Shown: positions 17,393-28,487, counted from the first letter of the stretch. The stretch: 64,000 bases of DNA from an uncultured virus (IMG/VR IMGVR_UViG_3300025570_000010) (IMGVR_UViG_3300025570_000010), one strand, 5' to 3'. Made by a program: numbers and translations. The notes: a model not told the origin generated them from the sequence alone.

Positions 17393-17538
17393 CAGAAAAA
17401 GAAAACTAAAGCTTCCTCAGTCTGAGTTACCCCATACTCTCCTTATCAAGGTAATGAACAGATATTACCTAATGGGAGTTGTCAGGGTAGAAGAAATAAA
17501 TTATAGGACTGAAAATATCTCTATTTGGAGGCCTGATA

Positions 17539-17805
17539 ATGGCTAAAGTTTGGTACACAAGTGCATCTCCCTATTATATGGATTCTTCTTCGGGAACTAA
17601 CGAGGATGTTGTTCTTGAAGTGGATCTCACTACAGGGAATGTTCAAGTACAACGTCTCATGAGTGATAATACCACTTGGGTTACAGTTGAAAATGATGAC
17701 AATGCAAACATCACTGCTCCTGGTTTGTATCGTTGGCCAAAAAGCAATAATCCTCTGCTTCGTATTATTGCTACTGGTGATGCCAAATTTTCAATCAATG
17801 AATAA
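17539..17805 (+). CDS. Hypothetical protein, possibly tail-associated
   Basis: GGAGG RBS; beta-rich 88 aa; upstream of spike gene. Confidence 0.7.
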   Translation: MAKVWYTSASPYYMDSSSGTNEDVVLEVDLTTGNVQVQRLMSDNTTWVTVENDDNANITAPGLYRWPKSNNPLLRIIATGDAKFSINE

Positions 17806-17832
17806 CATTAATATCAATCCGAGGTGTAATAA

Positions 17833-20800
17833 ATGAGTCTCCAGATAAAATCCGGATTGAATATAATCTCTGCTTTGAGAAAATATAAAATTAGTGTTTT
17901 TTCAACTCCGTCTGCTGTTATCACCGGCCTGACCAACAATCCGACATACGGACAGACCGCACAAGATGGTGTGCAGTTGACAGCCGTTGCGTCAAATCTT
18001 GACGAGCTGACAGTCACTGGCTACCAATGGCGCACGGTGGAGAGTGCGACGACGCTTTCCAGTGTTGCAACATATACTCCTAATGGGAGTGTCATCGACC
18101 TAGACAACCTTTATTGTGTTGTTACCCTGTCCGATGCCTCTACTATTAATACTTCAACTTATGTTGTGCGGTATGCTCCACCTGTTGCTGGATCATTGGT
18201 AGGAGTCAATGAGACACAGGGGATTGGTACGCCAACTGTAAACCTTGCAGCAGGTTTCACTGGTTCCGGTCTTGTATACACTGAAAATGCGTCATGGGCT
18301 TCCATCACAGGCAGCTCACTCACAATTGACGACGCGGTGCGGACGGATACGATCACGATTACAGCAACCAACTCAGGCGGCGCGGCAACGGTTGACCTCT
18401 CGGTTACGATCTCATCTGCCCCATATACGATTATATTTGGCGAGCTTACCCCGATTGGTGCTGGCGGGTATCCAACGGCCTCAGTAGATGGCGTTTATGG
18501 AGAGTTCACGGCCGCATCTGGCATCATGTCGCCAAACAGATCGCCGCTCACTGTGACTACGGGTATCACTGCTGGCGACCTACTCATCGACGTGATTGCG
18601 GACTCTACAACGTGGGCCAGCACCCAGGAGGCTAAAGATTCTAGATCTGGCATCTTGGCGGGTACAACCCTAAGCGCGAACGTGCGTAAGGGGGCAAGAG
18701 TTGCCTATGACGCAAGCGGAAACTCTGCTGAATTTGCAGGTTATAGAAACAACACAATTCCGTTCACAATCCGAGGTGACACAAAGCCGGAAGCTGAGAC
18801 TGATCCACACTTCGATACATTCGCCTGTCAGGCATGGGGCGGGTTGGAGATGTACGATCTGAATATTGGGGGCGTGGCTGGAGTTGCATCGCGCCTGCGG
18901 ACCACCTCGGGGAACTCCTCGTTCCCATGGATAAATGGCCGTCTTGAAAGAGTGCATGTTAGTGGCGCTCCTTTCACGACGAATTATGACTACTCTACGG
19001 ATCAGGTGACGTTCGACACAAACATCTTGCCTAATCTACAGGACTGTTTCTCCCTATCCACCGGGGCCTGCGGCATGAGCAACATCTTGATCAAAGATTG
19101 CTCGGCTGAGTATGGGAAATACGGCCTCGTCGCCTACGCAAGCGGACCTGTGGACGTTGAGGGCTTCACCGCACGTCACTTGTTTGCCGACGCTATTCAG
19201 GGTGGCGATGTTGGCGGGTCTTGGCCTGTTAACATCTCTGGCATCCTAGCGGGTGATTATGTGGTGTCTCCGCCCGAGGAGGGTGGGGTAGGTACAGGTG
19301 GTGATGGGTTCCACGCCGATACAATACAGTGGCAAGGGCCAAGCGCTCTGCTTCGTTGTGAGGGTTTCATTCAGTACCGCAGACCCGGAAACTATGGCGG
19401 CGCTCAAGCCAATTTTAACACCGGAGCGGATACACAACATATATTCGGGCTTCTGGGATTTGGACGCACGGGTAACTTGACCTATAACTCTGGCCCTCCT
19501 TCCGGGGAAACTTCAGACATCGCCTATGTGTCTCAGGTTGACCTAGCGGCTGATGCAGGGGCAAACAGTTTTTCAAATATCAGGCTGTATCTTGGCGACG
19601 GAGGTACATTGCAAGTTAGAAACGCTGTGGTTCCTGCTGTGAGCGTCAATGGTGGCGCTGCAAACACACAGACAAATGTTGTCACTACGTCAGGTTACAC
19701 AGGTGGGCAGTGGGATGCTGCACTTAACCTTGGCAGACCTGTCTCTGTCCCTACCGATCCAACTATTGCCAATCTTTTAGCATTAGTACAACCAGCCCCT
19801 GCCGGAGTGTTTGACGGTAATACAATGTGGGATGCTATTGGTATTCCTACGGATGGAGCCAACTCGCAGATTTTCCGTAAGGTTGAAAACACTGCTCCTG
19901 TTATCTCGCTCGCAGAGACCACCATCGCAGATACAAGCGTGGTTGGTACATTGACGACTGACACAGAGGGTGGAACAGTATATTGGGCATTTGTCCCTGC
20001 GGCGACCAGTGTCGGCACCGACGCTGCTGTGGTTCTTGAGCAGATTAAAAGCCAAGAGTGGGCCAGTTCCGTCTATGGCTACGAGAACTCCATCATTGGA
20101 GACGGCACCTTAGATATTACAGTAACAGGGCTGACAACGGATGTCGCTGGCAAATTAGTTGCGGTGGTGCGTCATGGTTATGGCGTGCTGTCAAACGTGA
20201 CAACAGTTGCAATGACGCCGACTGTTACTGCCACTGCCGAAGTATCAGTACAATTCATTGACGTAGACTCGCCAGTCGCAGATCCCATTGTGTTCGACTT
20301 TGGCTCTGTCCCTGCTGGGGATTACTTTGTTGCAGTATCGACGCGATTGGGTAATGGCACAGCAGGCGTCTTGGGCGACATGACCGTCAATTCGGTGGCA
20401 GTGTCTGAAGATCTTGACATTTCCGGGATAAACGGACGAACAGCTATCGGTGGGTACTTTGTGACACTTGGCTCAACCTACTCAGGCACTTGGGCGTTGG
20501 GGTCGGCAACAAACCGAATTTACGGCACGGCCACTCTCTACAACATCGACGGGATGGTTAAGTCTGCGTTCGATGTGGACAATGCTGCACCTGCTGTCAC
20601 GACCGCAGCAGGCGACGATGTGATTGTTTGGGGCTCACATAAGAATGTGGAGGCTGCTTTGCCTGCGCCACTAGTCACTGACGCTGCGTCTACCAGTGTG
20701 GCGGCATCTATCTTTAGGTCTCTACAAGGCCATGAGTTTGGAACTGGCGCTGGCGTACAAACTTATAGCGTTCCTGGTCTGTCCTTCGATGACGAACAAT

Positions 20801-23787
20801 ATGCTGCCATTGTGTTCACTCCAGTTACGATTAGCTTCGGCACATTCACTGCTGTCGGAGCAGGCGCGGTATCTACAGCAGAGGCTGACGGCACTTATGG
20901 TGAATTCACGATCTCAGGTGGTTTAATTACGCCAAATACCTCGCCGCTTACACCTGGGCCCACAGTTATAGGCGGAACAACCATAGCCGCAGTTGCAGAT
21001 CAGAGGCACTTTGCGACCTACGCAGAGTGCGCCACAGCCTACGCAGAAGTACCTCTTGACGGATCGATCACAATGATCGGTAGGTCCAAAGACTATATCA
21101 CAGATGAAGGTTTCCTGCTTTGGATACCACCAGCTCGCGTCTTCACCTCTGAGCAATTGATCACATATGAAGGCTATGTCGAAAACAGCGCTACGGAACC
21201 TAGTTTGAACGCATGGGGTGCAAGAATTGGCCCTATCATTTTTGACGGCGTTTCTAAAGTCAGACTTAAAAATGTCAGCGTTTTCCATGGCGATCCATCC
21301 ACAGGATACAGCGGTGCAGACATATCCGCAGGTTACAACGGCGCACCTCTTATGGTGGAAAACACCGCCTCTTTCATAAAGTTCGAGAACGTCGAAGTTT
21401 CTTCCACATCATTCGTGGAAGTTGTCACGGCAGACGGAAACTACGCCAACAGCGGCTTCCGTAAGGCGGGCAGTGGATACAGCAATATCGTCATGTCGCA
21501 AGGCATCTCGTTCAAGGGGCCAGATAGCGACGCGACGAACTGTTTTATCCACGACTGCGCGAGGGGCATGTACCTCGGCGCTGATCGCTGCGGACACTCC
21601 AACGTCACGATCCAAGACGTATACACCAATTTCACAACGTGGGGATCAGCAGCAGATGATATGTTTGCATACGATTTTGTACACATTGGCGTATGGGCGA
21701 CACCTTCCGACAATACAACAGGCGTGACGGCAACCGACCCTCACTCGTCCACAGGCTCATCCGGCGACCCCTCTGATGGGGCAACTATGTCGAACGTGAC
21801 TATCGCGGGAGGCTACTCAGACGTAGCGTTTTGGCGGCGTGCTGATTTGCATGATGCGCTTGGTTTCCCTGTACCGACATCATCATCGACTGGTGCTAAG
21901 TTCAATGATCCCAACCTTCCGGGTGCGGGTTATCCCGGCAACGGTCAGGACACCTACGCCAACGTCAAGTTTCTGTACAACCTTAACGTGACGGGCAACA
22001 TTGGCCAGATGATTGCGGGATGTCGGGATGCCACGGTTTACGGGAACGTAAATTTACGGGCAACGTTGTTCGGCAGCGGCACGCCGGGGTTCTATATGGA
22101 TGCCGTCGAAAACCTGAAGATTAGTAAGAACCTCTCCCCTTACCGGAACACCACTTACGAATTCGATGGTGACACAGCCAATGGTTACGTCGTCACGGAT
22201 GATACTGTGACGGGCTATGACAACTTCTGGATGGAAGGCGACTTCTACCGAAATGAGTTCGTTGGCCACGAGACCAAGGGCTTTGATCGTCTTGAGGCGC
22301 ATGAGATCAGAGACGCCTACACCATTAAGGCGGGCAGTTGGTTGCTGGATAATGACATGGGCGGGCCAAGCTCGCCCAACTATCTCGGCGCTGGTGTTGT
22401 AGCTAATGCGTTCAGCGTACCGACACCAAGCGTCGGTGTGGAGGGTTCTTATACGCGCACCCAATGGAATGCCGATGCTCGCTGGTCTGGTACATATAAG
22501 ACAGGGGTGAGCGCTGGTCTTGTTGGTGGTTTCCTCGTCTCCTTCACGGCAACTACGGGGGCGGACGGCTCACAGCGCACGGTCTTCGATAGTCAGGGCA
22601 ACACCTTCGAAGTATCTCGTACTACTTCTGGACGGATTGAGCTGTATCTCAAGAACAGTGCAGACACGATCCCGATGCTGAAGTTCGTCAGCAAGGATAC
22701 TTACGCTGAGGGCGTTCGGGTGGACATGGCGTGTGAGTACGACTTCAGCAAAGGTATCGCTCGCGTCGCGTTCAACGGTGTGATCGACGGTTATGTCCGT
22801 GGTTCAGATTGGGACTTGTCCACCATCGACACAGATACGCTTGGTACAGTCAAGACGATGTACCTTGGTGGTCAGTATCTCGGCGTAGTTCCCTCACACA
22901 CACGTCCGTGGATTGGCGAAATCGGACTGTTCGCCTGTCACACCGGTGCCTTGCTGGGGCTGGATAGTGATGTGGGTATGTCTGCGATATATGCCGCCCC
23001 AGGTGGTTATTTCAAAGACCTCGGCACTGCTGGCGCTAACGTGATTGCAGGTGGCATGGATATGTTCGTGACGATGGAGGATGTCGTACCGACGCAGCGT
23101 CAGGCAGGCGCAGGGACATTCTCCGCGAACAGCGGGTCCGTGGCGCTGACCTTGGCCGGGCCTCCCCCGGCTACGGTTGAACCAGTTGTGCTCGACGGTA
23201 CGACGGCGTGGATCGACATGGACGTAGCTCTGGGCGCGTCGGTGCCTTATGTGACGGCGGCGTTTACGGTGAGCATCCCCGAAGCCGTGCCGAGTGTCGG
23301 CTTCGTGCTCAACTCAGGTAACGGCACAGGCGACTGGCACCTGTCACTGTTTGACAGCAACCAGCGGTGGTTCCTGAAAGCTGAGAATACCGCGGGCTCC
23401 TCTATGGGGTCGGTGTACCTGACCGGTTCAGCCATGGCCACGGCTACTGAGCAGAAGTGGCTTGTTAAGACCCGCGTAGGTTCGCAGCAAATCTGGATCG
23501 ACGGTGTGCTTGCACTGGATACTGCCCTCAACGGTAATGCACAGAAGTCACCAATCCTGATCGGTGCAGGCAATATCGCTGGTGGTGCAATGGGTGTGCT
23601 GCATGTCTCGAACATGTGGTACTCCATCGAGGACAACACCACAGCGGTCTACTCCGACTTCTACGACGGCGGTGGCAACGCGGTGTACTCGGGGACAGTC
23701 GCGGGCATGGTCCCACTTGTGGACCTGAAGTCTCTCGCAGACTGGAACGCCAGTACCTACGCAGTCGGCACGTTCGTGGCGGCATAA
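17833..23787 (+). CDS. Large tail fibre/spike: Ig-like domains, two putative beta-helix (pectin-lyase-like) regions and C-terminal LamG/ConA-like domains
   Basis: 1984 aa, Gly/Ala/Thr/Ser rich; FHADTIQWQG and CFIHDCARG beta-helix-like motifs; IWIDGVL and VAFNGV LamG-like motifs. Confidence 0.7.
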   Translation: MSLQIKSGLNIISALRKYKISVFSTPSAVITGLTNNPTYGQTAQDGVQLTAVASNLDELTVTGYQWRTVESATTLSSVATYTPNGSVIDLDNLYCVVTLSDASTINTSTYVVRYAPPVAGSLVGVNETQGIGTPTVNLAAGFTGSGLVYTENASWASITGSSLTIDDAVRTDTITITATNSGGAATVDLSVTISSAPYTIIFGELTPIGAGGYPTASVDGVYGEFTAASGIMSPNRSPLTVTTGITAGDLLIDVIADSTTWASTQEAKDSRSGILAGTTLSANVRKGARVAYDASGNSAEFAGYRNNTIPFTIRGDTKPEAETDPHFDTFACQAWGGLEMYDLNIGGVAGVASRLRTTSGNSSFPWINGRLERVHVSGAPFTTNYDYSTDQVTFDTNILPNLQDCFSLSTGACGMSNILIKDCSAEYGKYGLVAYASGPVDVEGFTARHLFADAIQGGDVGGSWPVNISGILAGDYVVSPPEEGGVGTGGDGFHADTIQWQGPSALLRCEGFIQYRRPGNYGGAQANFNTGADTQHIFGLLGFGRTGNLTYNSGPPSGETSDIAYVSQVDLAADAGANSFSNIRLYLGDGGTLQVRNAVVPAVSVNGGAANTQTNVVTTSGYTGGQWDAALNLGRPVSVPTDPTIANLLALVQPAPAGVFDGNTMWDAIGIPTDGANSQIFRKVENTAPVISLAETTIADTSVVGTLTTDTEGGTVYWAFVPAATSVGTDAAVVLEQIKSQEWASSVYGYENSIIGDGTLDITVTGLTTDVAGKLVAVVRHGYGVLSNVTTVAMTPTVTATAEVSVQFIDVDSPVADPIVFDFGSVPAGDYFVAVSTRLGNGTAGVLGDMTVNSVAVSEDLDISGINGRTAIGGYFVTLGSTYSGTWALGSATNRIYGTATLYNIDGMVKSAFDVDNAAPAVTTAAGDDVIVWGSHKNVEAALPAPLVTDAASTSVAASIFRSLQGHEFGTGAGVQTYSVPGLSFDDEQYAAIVFTPVTISFGTFTAVGAGAVSTAEADGTYGEFTISGGLITPNTSPLTPGPTVIGGTTIAAVADQRHFATYAECATAYAEVPLDGSITMIGRSKDYITDEGFLLWIPPARVFTSEQLITYEGYVENSATEPSLNAWGARIGPIIFDGVSKVRLKNVSVFHGDPSTGYSGADISAGYNGAPLMVENTASFIKFENVEVSSTSFVEVVTADGNYANSGFRKAGSGYSNIVMSQGISFKGPDSDATNCFIHDCARGMYLGADRCGHSNVTIQDVYTNFTTWGSAADDMFAYDFVHIGVWATPSDNTTGVTATDPHSSTGSSGDPSDGATMSNVTIAGGYSDVAFWRRADLHDALGFPVPTSSSTGAKFNDPNLPGAGYPGNGQDTYANVKFLYNLNVTGNIGQMIAGCRDATVYGNVNLRATLFGSGTPGFYMDAVENLKISKNLSPYRNTTYEFDGDTANGYVVTDDTVTGYDNFWMEGDFYRNEFVGHETKGFDRLEAHEIRDAYTIKAGSWLLDNDMGGPSSPNYLGAGVVANAFSVPTPSVGVEGSYTRTQWNADARWSGTYKTGVSAGLVGGFLVSFTATTGADGSQRTVFDSQGNTFEVSRTTSGRIELYLKNSADTIPMLKFVSKDTYAEGVRVDMACEYDFSKGIARVAFNGVIDGYVRGSDWDLSTIDTDTLGTVKTMYLGGQYLGVVPSHTRPWIGEIGLFACHTGALLGLDSDVGMSAIYAAPGGYFKDLGTAGANVIAGGMDMFVTMEDVVPTQRQAGAGTFSANSGSVALTLAGPPPATVEPVVLDGTTAWIDMDVALGASVPYVTAAFTVSIPEAVPSVGFVLNSGNGTGDWHLSLFDSNQRWFLKAENTAGSSMGSVYLTGSAMATATEQKWLVKTRVGSQQIWIDGVLALDTALNGNAQKSPILIGAGNIAGGAMGVLHVSNMWYSIEDNTTAVYSDFYDGGGNAVYSGTVAGMVPLVDLKSLADWNASTYAVGTFVAA

Positions 23788-23803
23788 GGAGAACGACAGG
23801 TGA

Positions 23804-23833
23804 TACCCCCGCTTAGATTTAGGCGGGGGTTTT
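23804..23833 (+). terminator. Rho-independent terminator
   Basis: ACCCCCGC/GCGGGGGT stem plus T-tract. Confidence 0.8.
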
Positions 23834-23914
23834 AAGTCTAAATCAAGTTCTTTACTTTTTGATGCTTCCAATTTATTTAGTAAATTTAAGTTCTTAATAC
23901 TGGAGATTCTTAAA

Positions 23915-24595
23915 ATGCTAACACTTGGAGCTGTGCAAGAAACTCTCCCTGCACAACATCGACAAAATATTACTCAGGATATGGTTGATCAGCTCAACTC
24001 CTTGTCAAAGGATCCTGAAGAGGCCCGGTATATCCGGGATAATTTTGTGACTTTCTCTCAGGTTTTACAAGAAGGTCGTTACAAGGTTGGGGATTATGTC
24101 CGTGCTGTGATGTATGTCTCTCACAAGGTCATGGGTAAAACAAACTTGGATGCTTATCGAGCAACCTTCCCTGATCGCTATGCGTCGATGAAGAATGCCG
24201 GGAAAGAAGCCAAGGACATTGCTTCGATTGTGACTGCCTACAACAAAGGGCAGTTGGTCACGAAGATCATGGAACGTGCGATGGTTCCTACTTGGATTCT
24301 GAATCAAGATGTATTCCAGTCTGCCATCAATACTCAGTATGAATTGATGATGGACATTGATGTTTCACCAAAGGTCCGGAGTGATGCAGCAAACAGCTTG
24401 CTGACCCACCTGAAGAAACCAGAAGCCACACACAAGACAGAGCTGAAGATCGACATTGGTCTGAACGATGGTATGGCTGCCCTTGAGCAGCAGCTCGTTG
24501 CTATGAGTCGGAAGCAGCTTGATCTGATTGAACATGATCCCAATGTCTCTGCGAATGACATCGCAGCATTACCCATGAAGACGGTGAATCCATGA
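23915..24595 (+). CDS. N4 gp69-like protein (putative terminase small subunit)
   Basis: Conserved N4-type sequence (YVRAVMYVSHK, VSPKVRSDAANSLLTHLK) immediately before terL. Confidence 0.75.
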   Translation: MLTLGAVQETLPAQHRQNITQDMVDQLNSLSKDPEEARYIRDNFVTFSQVLQEGRYKVGDYVRAVMYVSHKVMGKTNLDAYRATFPDRYASMKNAGKEAKDIASIVTAYNKGQLVTKIMERAMVPTWILNQDVFQSAINTQYELMMDIDVSPKVRSDAANSLLTHLKKPEATHKTELKIDIGLNDGMAALEQQLVAMSRKQLDLIEHDPNVSANDIAALPMKTVNP

Positions 24596-26217
24596 TCCAA
24601 GGTGAAGACTTCGTCCCAGAAAAGACCGTAGATGATTACCTCAACGAGGTAGACTTCATGATGCTCAACAGTCACGCTGGGTACATTCCCAGTGAGTTCT
24701 CGTTGAAATTCATGAACTTCATCAAGCTGGTCAACGGAGATCAGGGCGAAGACAACAAGACACCGGTCATGCACCTTGCTATGTTGGACAAGCTGGCCAG
24801 CAAAGAGAAGAAGATCGCCAACCTCTGTGCTCGTGGTACGGCGAAGACCACTCTCTTCATGGAATACCTGACTCTGTATCTGGCAATGTTTGGAACCCTC
24901 CCTAACTTTGGAGTGGTCACTGGGATGTTGTACATCTCGGACTCGATGGACAACGGTGTAAAGAGTGCTCGGAACTCAATCGAGTTTCGATACAACAACT
25001 CTGAATTCCTTCAGGCATGGATCCCCAAAGCAAAGTTCACTGAGAATTATCTGGAATTTGAGAACAAGCGTGGACACAAACTGGGCGTAAAGATGTTCGG
25101 TGCGAAGTCTGGTATCCGGGGTACAAAGATCTTCGGGAAACGTCCTGTGTTGGCAGTGATGGATGACTTGGTTTCAGATGCTGACTCCAAATCCCAGACT
25201 GCCATGGAAGCAATCAAGGACACAGTTTACTCCGGAGTCCAGTATGCGTTGGATCCAACCCGGAACAAGATGATCATGAACGGGACACCGTTCAATAAGA
25301 ACGACATCGTCTATGAAGCAATTGAGTCCGGAGCATGGCATGTCAACGTGTGGCCGATCTGTGAGAAGTTCCCCTGCTCTCGTGAAGAGTTTCGTGGAGC
25401 TTGGGAAGATCGCTTCACCTATGAGTATGTCTTCGAGCAGTACAACTCTGCCAAGAAAGAGGGAAAGTTGAAGAGCTTCCGTCAAGAACTTATGCTCCGG
25501 ATTACTTCGGATGAATCTCGTCTGGTTCAAGACTCTGAGATCCTCTGGCGTCCACGAGCACCCGTGCTCCAGAAGAAGCAGAACTACAACTTCTACATCA
25601 CCACTGATTTTGCTACGTCGTCGAAGCAGACAGCCGATTACTCGGTACAATCAGTGTGGGCATACAATCAATCTGATGAGTGGCACTGGGTTGATGGGGT
25701 CTGTGAACGCTGGACCATGGACAAAGCTATTGATCAACTTTTTGAGTTTGTTGACGAATACCAACCTCAAGGTGTAGGTGTCGAGATCAGTGGACAACAA
25801 CAAGGATTTATCCAATGGTTAATGAACGAAATGAATTACCGGAACAAATTCTTCAACCTGACGAACCAGAAGGGGAAACCTGGTATCCGGCCAACCACAG
25901 ACAAGCTGGCCCGTTTCAATATGGTTGTCCCATTCTTCAAGGCAGGAAAAGTGTTTTTCCCAAGTGAGTTGAAAAATACGAAGACACTTGGTATCTTCAT
26001 AGAACAGATCGCCCTTGCAACCAAGGACGGTATCAAAGGCAAAGATGACTGCATCGACACGATTTCCATGTTGCAGTATATGAATCCTTGGACCCCCAGC
26101 TCAGATACGATGGACGATGGTGACATTTCATCAGTACGTTCGAACCAAGTTTGGGGTAGTAATTTACTCACTCCTGATGATACAGATGAAACGCAATATG
26201 GATCCTATGTGGTCTGA
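24592..26217 (+). CDS. terL: Terminase large subunit (N4 gp68-like)
   Basis: CARGTAKTT Walker A, AVMDD Walker B, GTP coupling motif, nuclease TTDFA...DDCIDT. Confidence 0.93.
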   Translation: MIQGEDFVPEKTVDDYLNEVDFMMLNSHAGYIPSEFSLKFMNFIKLVNGDQGEDNKTPVMHLAMLDKLASKEKKIANLCARGTAKTTLFMEYLTLYLAMFGTLPNFGVVTGMLYISDSMDNGVKSARNSIEFRYNNSEFLQAWIPKAKFTENYLEFENKRGHKLGVKMFGAKSGIRGTKIFGKRPVLAVMDDLVSDADSKSQTAMEAIKDTVYSGVQYALDPTRNKMIMNGTPFNKNDIVYEAIESGAWHVNVWPICEKFPCSREEFRGAWEDRFTYEYVFEQYNSAKKEGKLKSFRQELMLRITSDESRLVQDSEILWRPRAPVLQKKQNYNFYITTDFATSSKQTADYSVQSVWAYNQSDEWHWVDGVCERWTMDKAIDQLFEFVDEYQPQGVGVEISGQQQGFIQWLMNEMNYRNKFFNLTNQKGKPGIRPTTDKLARFNMVVPFFKAGKVFFPSELKNTKTLGIFIEQIALATKDGIKGKDDCIDTISMLQYMNPWTPSSDTMDDGDISSVRSNQVWGSNLLTPDDTDETQYGSYVV

Positions 26218-26240
26218 TTTTCTCGAAAGAGGGTAACACT

Positions 26241-26936
26241 ATGATCCCATTTAATTCCTTCAGCCAACGTCTGGCTTTCGGTCAACTGAAAAACACATCT
26301 GCCGTGGATGAAGATAACCTTGGGGTTATCTGCCCAAAACACTATGGAACTATTTTGTCTTTGACCAATCAAGGTTTAGTAGATCTGTCAACACGGTTTC
26401 CATTGATTAAAGGTCAAGTCGATTTGACATTTGTCTTGAACCAGAACATATACCCACTGACTCAAGCCAATCTGGGAACATCTCTCACAGATTCTCCGGA
26501 TGATACATTTCTTGATGACGAGTTTGTGAAGGTGCTGGATCTGTTCGATGCAATCGGAGATCGACATGTGGTCAATACTAGTGGTCACATTCTGACACCA
26601 TCATTCAACACTCTTCGTTTTACAGATGCGAAGATTACTGAATTCACAGAGATTGCTTCTCCAGACCCAGCACGGATTCGCATTCGCTATCAAAAGAAAC
26701 ATCCAACAATTACTTCGACTGGGAATATCAATTTACCCCCGAATCTAGAGACAGCATTGCAACTCTTCGTTGCATCGTTGTATATAAGTCATATGGGCGG
26801 ACCTGACCACTCAGCCAAAGGCGATAGCTATTATGCCGCCTACCTCCGGCACATCGGTGAGGATGAAATGAAAGATTTATCGTCCACCTCCGAAGTTGAG
26901 GAAAACGATAAGTTTACAAACCGGGGGTTTGTATAA
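26241..26936 (+). CDS. Virion protein, N4 gp67-like (head-tail adaptor)
   Basis: Position after terL; C-terminal KFTNRGFV typical of this family. Confidence 0.7.
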   Translation: MIPFNSFSQRLAFGQLKNTSAVDEDNLGVICPKHYGTILSLTNQGLVDLSTRFPLIKGQVDLTFVLNQNIYPLTQANLGTSLTDSPDDTFLDDEFVKVLDLFDAIGDRHVVNTSGHILTPSFNTLRFTDAKITEFTEIASPDPARIRIRYQKKHPTITSTGNINLPPNLETALQLFVASLYISHMGGPDHSAKGDSYYAAYLRHIGEDEMKDLSSTSEVEENDKFTNRGFV

Positions 26937-27278
26937 ATGGCTGACTTAAAAGATCCGAACCTAATCGGGGAAGTATTCAACCAGCGAGCTGCAATTCTGA
27001 CGTTCATGGGATCGTTGGGTGGTAGCGTGCGAGCTGCTGTTTTGAAGACAACTTGGCGTGAAGGTCTTCGTGTGGTATTCGTTGGTGGAGCTGTCGCATT
27101 TGGCGTCGGTGTACTTGGGCCTGTAATCATGAAACCGTGGATTGGCGAATTACCTGATGAAATGGCTGGAGCTTTAGGGACTCTAACAGCCGCCTCCTTT
27201 TTTGTTGGTTTGGTGGCAGTAACACTCGTTGAGCGATTCATTTCTGGTCCTACTGATGGAGGTGGAAATGAGGCATAA
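26937..27278 (+). CDS. Putative holin
   Basis: 113 aa with about three hydrophobic segments, first gene of lysis cassette. Confidence 0.6.
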   Translation: MADLKDPNLIGEVFNQRAAILTFMGSLGGSVRAAVLKTTWREGLRVVFVGGAVAFGVGVLGPVIMKPWIGELPDEMAGALGTLTAASFFVGLVAVTLVERFISGPTDGGGNEA

Positions 27279-27813
27279 TAACCAAAGTATAAAGGTTTTT
27301 CGGGCAGAAAAAACAACCAAGAACCAAGATGACTTCAAGGTTCTGGTAGTTGGTTTAATGATTTCAATTATAATTCTTCTCATGATCCCATTCGTAGGTA
27401 CTACCTATGATAAACAGTTTGCTGAACGTCCGTTTCTAACTGCGACCGTTGAGATCGTGAAGACAGATGACTATGAGCTTCCAATGCTTCTGTATGATGC
27501 AGATGCGAAGCAGCATGTACAGGCAACATGGATTGCCACTATCCGGGATGCAAAAGACATTCGTTTGGAGACTCGTCGTGGAAACGGAGATTACATTGTT
27601 CGTGAAGACAGTCCTCGTCTTTGGACATGGGAAGCCTTCTTCGACAATGAGTCAGGTGGTGCTTCTCCTCGTGTTCCAGAACAACCTTTCATGGTTTGTC
27701 TGCGTTACACATCTCGGACTGTGGACACCAACACGGTCGATGAGACCCCGGAAGTTTGCAGCAAGGTTTTCTACCCTAGTGAGGGAACCCCAATCGTAGA
27801 GGAAGTCCAATGA
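27268..27813 (+). CDS. Membrane-anchored protein in lysis cassette
   Basis: One N-terminal TM segment and soluble domain with two Cys. Confidence 0.6.
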   Translation: MRHNNQSIKVFRAEKTTKNQDDFKVLVVGLMISIIILLMIPFVGTTYDKQFAERPFLTATVEIVKTDDYELPMLLYDADAKQHVQATWIATIRDAKDIRLETRRGNGDYIVREDSPRLWTWEAFFDNESGGASPRVPEQPFMVCLRYTSRTVDTNTVDETPEVCSKVFYPSEGTPIVEEVQ

Positions 27814-28487
27814 CTATTTCCGTTCGTGATTACCAGATCCGGTGCAACTCGCTTGCTCTTCCTGGTTCAACTGTCCTGAAGGTTGACGGGATGAATGGCC
27901 CGAACACCCGTCGGCAGATTGCCATCGTGAAGAATGCGATGCAGGTAGATGACGATGAAGACATCATGGATCCCTCCGGGATCTTTCGTGTTCACTGGCA
28001 CTGGGCTGCGTCCACGTACACGGTGAACTGGAACGTGGTGAAACACTACAACGGTGTGTTTGACAAAGATGGCAACAAGCATGACGGTGGGACACCTCCT
28101 CAACAGCAAGCTGTCTACCTCTCCGGCAAGTACGGCGTGAGCCATACCTTCAATGCCAACACAGGTGCTGTCGGTCTCTCTGTGGCAGCCATGGCTGAAG
28201 CCAAGGTGACAAACTGGGGAACTGGTGTCGTCGATCAGGGGAAGTACCCTCTGACTTGGGAAGGCATTGATGGGATGCTGAAGGAGACTGTGAAGCTGTG
28301 TCGTGAATTCGACATCAAGCCATCTCCGTGGACAACCATCACTCATGCTGAGGTCCAGACCAACATCGGGATCAAGCAGAAGAACAAGTGGGACATCCGG
28401 GTTCTTCCGGACAATCCGACCAAACTTCTGGGTGAAAAGGAAGCCGGGGACATGCTCCGTGCTCGAATGATGGAGAAATTCTGGTGA
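27810..28487 (+). CDS. Endolysin, N-acetylmuramoyl-L-alanine amidase with N-terminal PG-binding-like segment
   Basis: VDGMNGPNT; HWHWAA, HTFNANTGAVGLS, THAEV, KWDI Zn-amidase motifs. Confidence 0.82.
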   Translation: MTISVRDYQIRCNSLALPGSTVLKVDGMNGPNTRRQIAIVKNAMQVDDDEDIMDPSGIFRVHWHWAASTYTVNWNVVKHYNGVFDKDGNKHDGGTPPQQQAVYLSGKYGVSHTFNANTGAVGLSVAAMAEAKVTNWGTGVVDQGKYPLTWEGIDGMLKETVKLCREFDIKPSPWTTITHAEVQTNIGIKQKNKWDIRVLPDNPTKLLGEKEAGDMLRARMMEKFW

